From a virus: a stretch of 64,000 nucleotides of DNA. Positions within the stretch are counted from its first letter, which is position 1. The number at the start of each line of letters is the position of its first letter. The notes below the pieces were generated by a model, which was not told where the DNA came from, made no database searches, and worked only from the letters and a program-made list of their open reading frames with translations. The stretch spans positions 130,857 to 194,856 of IMG/VR virus record IMGVR_UViG_3300047476_000704; one strand, 5' to 3'. The position numbers were made by a program, and so were the translations under genes. Of the stretch, positions 63,833 to 64,000 are shown piece after piece.

Positions 63833-64000
63833 TCTTTTCCAAAATATTTTTAAAAAAAATTAAAATATTATTTATCGCCTCCGCACAAGCTGTGCAATCG
63901 TGGACGTGTTGAGCGCACGTTCACGTTCTTTGTTTTATCACATCTACTTAACATAATGTAAATTATATAACGAGAATATATTAGAATAGTACAATTATTG

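Noticed and set aside
1-64000. CRISPR array, diversity-generating retroelement, integrase/IS, introns or inteins
   Set aside because: No regularly spaced direct repeats and no RT, transposase or integrase motifs; terminase, primase and ligase are normal length without intein motifs
1-64000. Stop-codon reassignment, as in some Bacteroidota phages
   Set aside because: Long conserved genes are intact under the standard code and pack tightly; TAA, TAG and TGA all act as stops

Overview
64 kb of a large, AT-rich, T4-like (contractile-tailed) bacteriophage genome. Almost every gene is on the minus strand. From left to right in + coordinates: (i) packaging/head region: portal (partial), a Cys-rich micro-domain concatemer, terminase large subunit and a 1331-aa multi-enzyme protein; (ii) tail fibre with S74 chaperone, a fused SbcD-SbcC nuclease, primase and a T7 endonuclease I-type resolvase; (iii) baseplate module (gp6-, gp25- and gp5-like proteins, an M15 peptidase); (iv) a phage sigma factor, peptide deformylase, a nine-gene sugar-activation/glycosylation cluster, uvsE, Hsp20 and an HD protein; (v) an early region of small genes with RNA ligase, polynucleotide kinase, phosphoesterase, dCMP deaminase, KTSC, a sigma region-4-only protein and tRNA-His. 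Fourteen copies of the Bacteroidota housekeeping promoter (TTG/TTTG, ~20 nt, TAnnTTTG/A) point to a Bacteroidota host, and a second motif (sense TATTTATA) marks likely late genes. The most notable unexplained features are a tandem array of at least 7 highly diverged small paralogues that all begin ATGCTAA (MLTIxN), a ~62% GC pseudoknot-capable + strand RNA-like element near 62.4 kb, two late 'string-of-beads' proteins whose domains are delimited by [ILV]-x-E motifs, and the sugar pathway. No databases were searched. Family names come from motif recognition, and several start codons were moved relative to the ORF track where the track's start overlaps a promoter.
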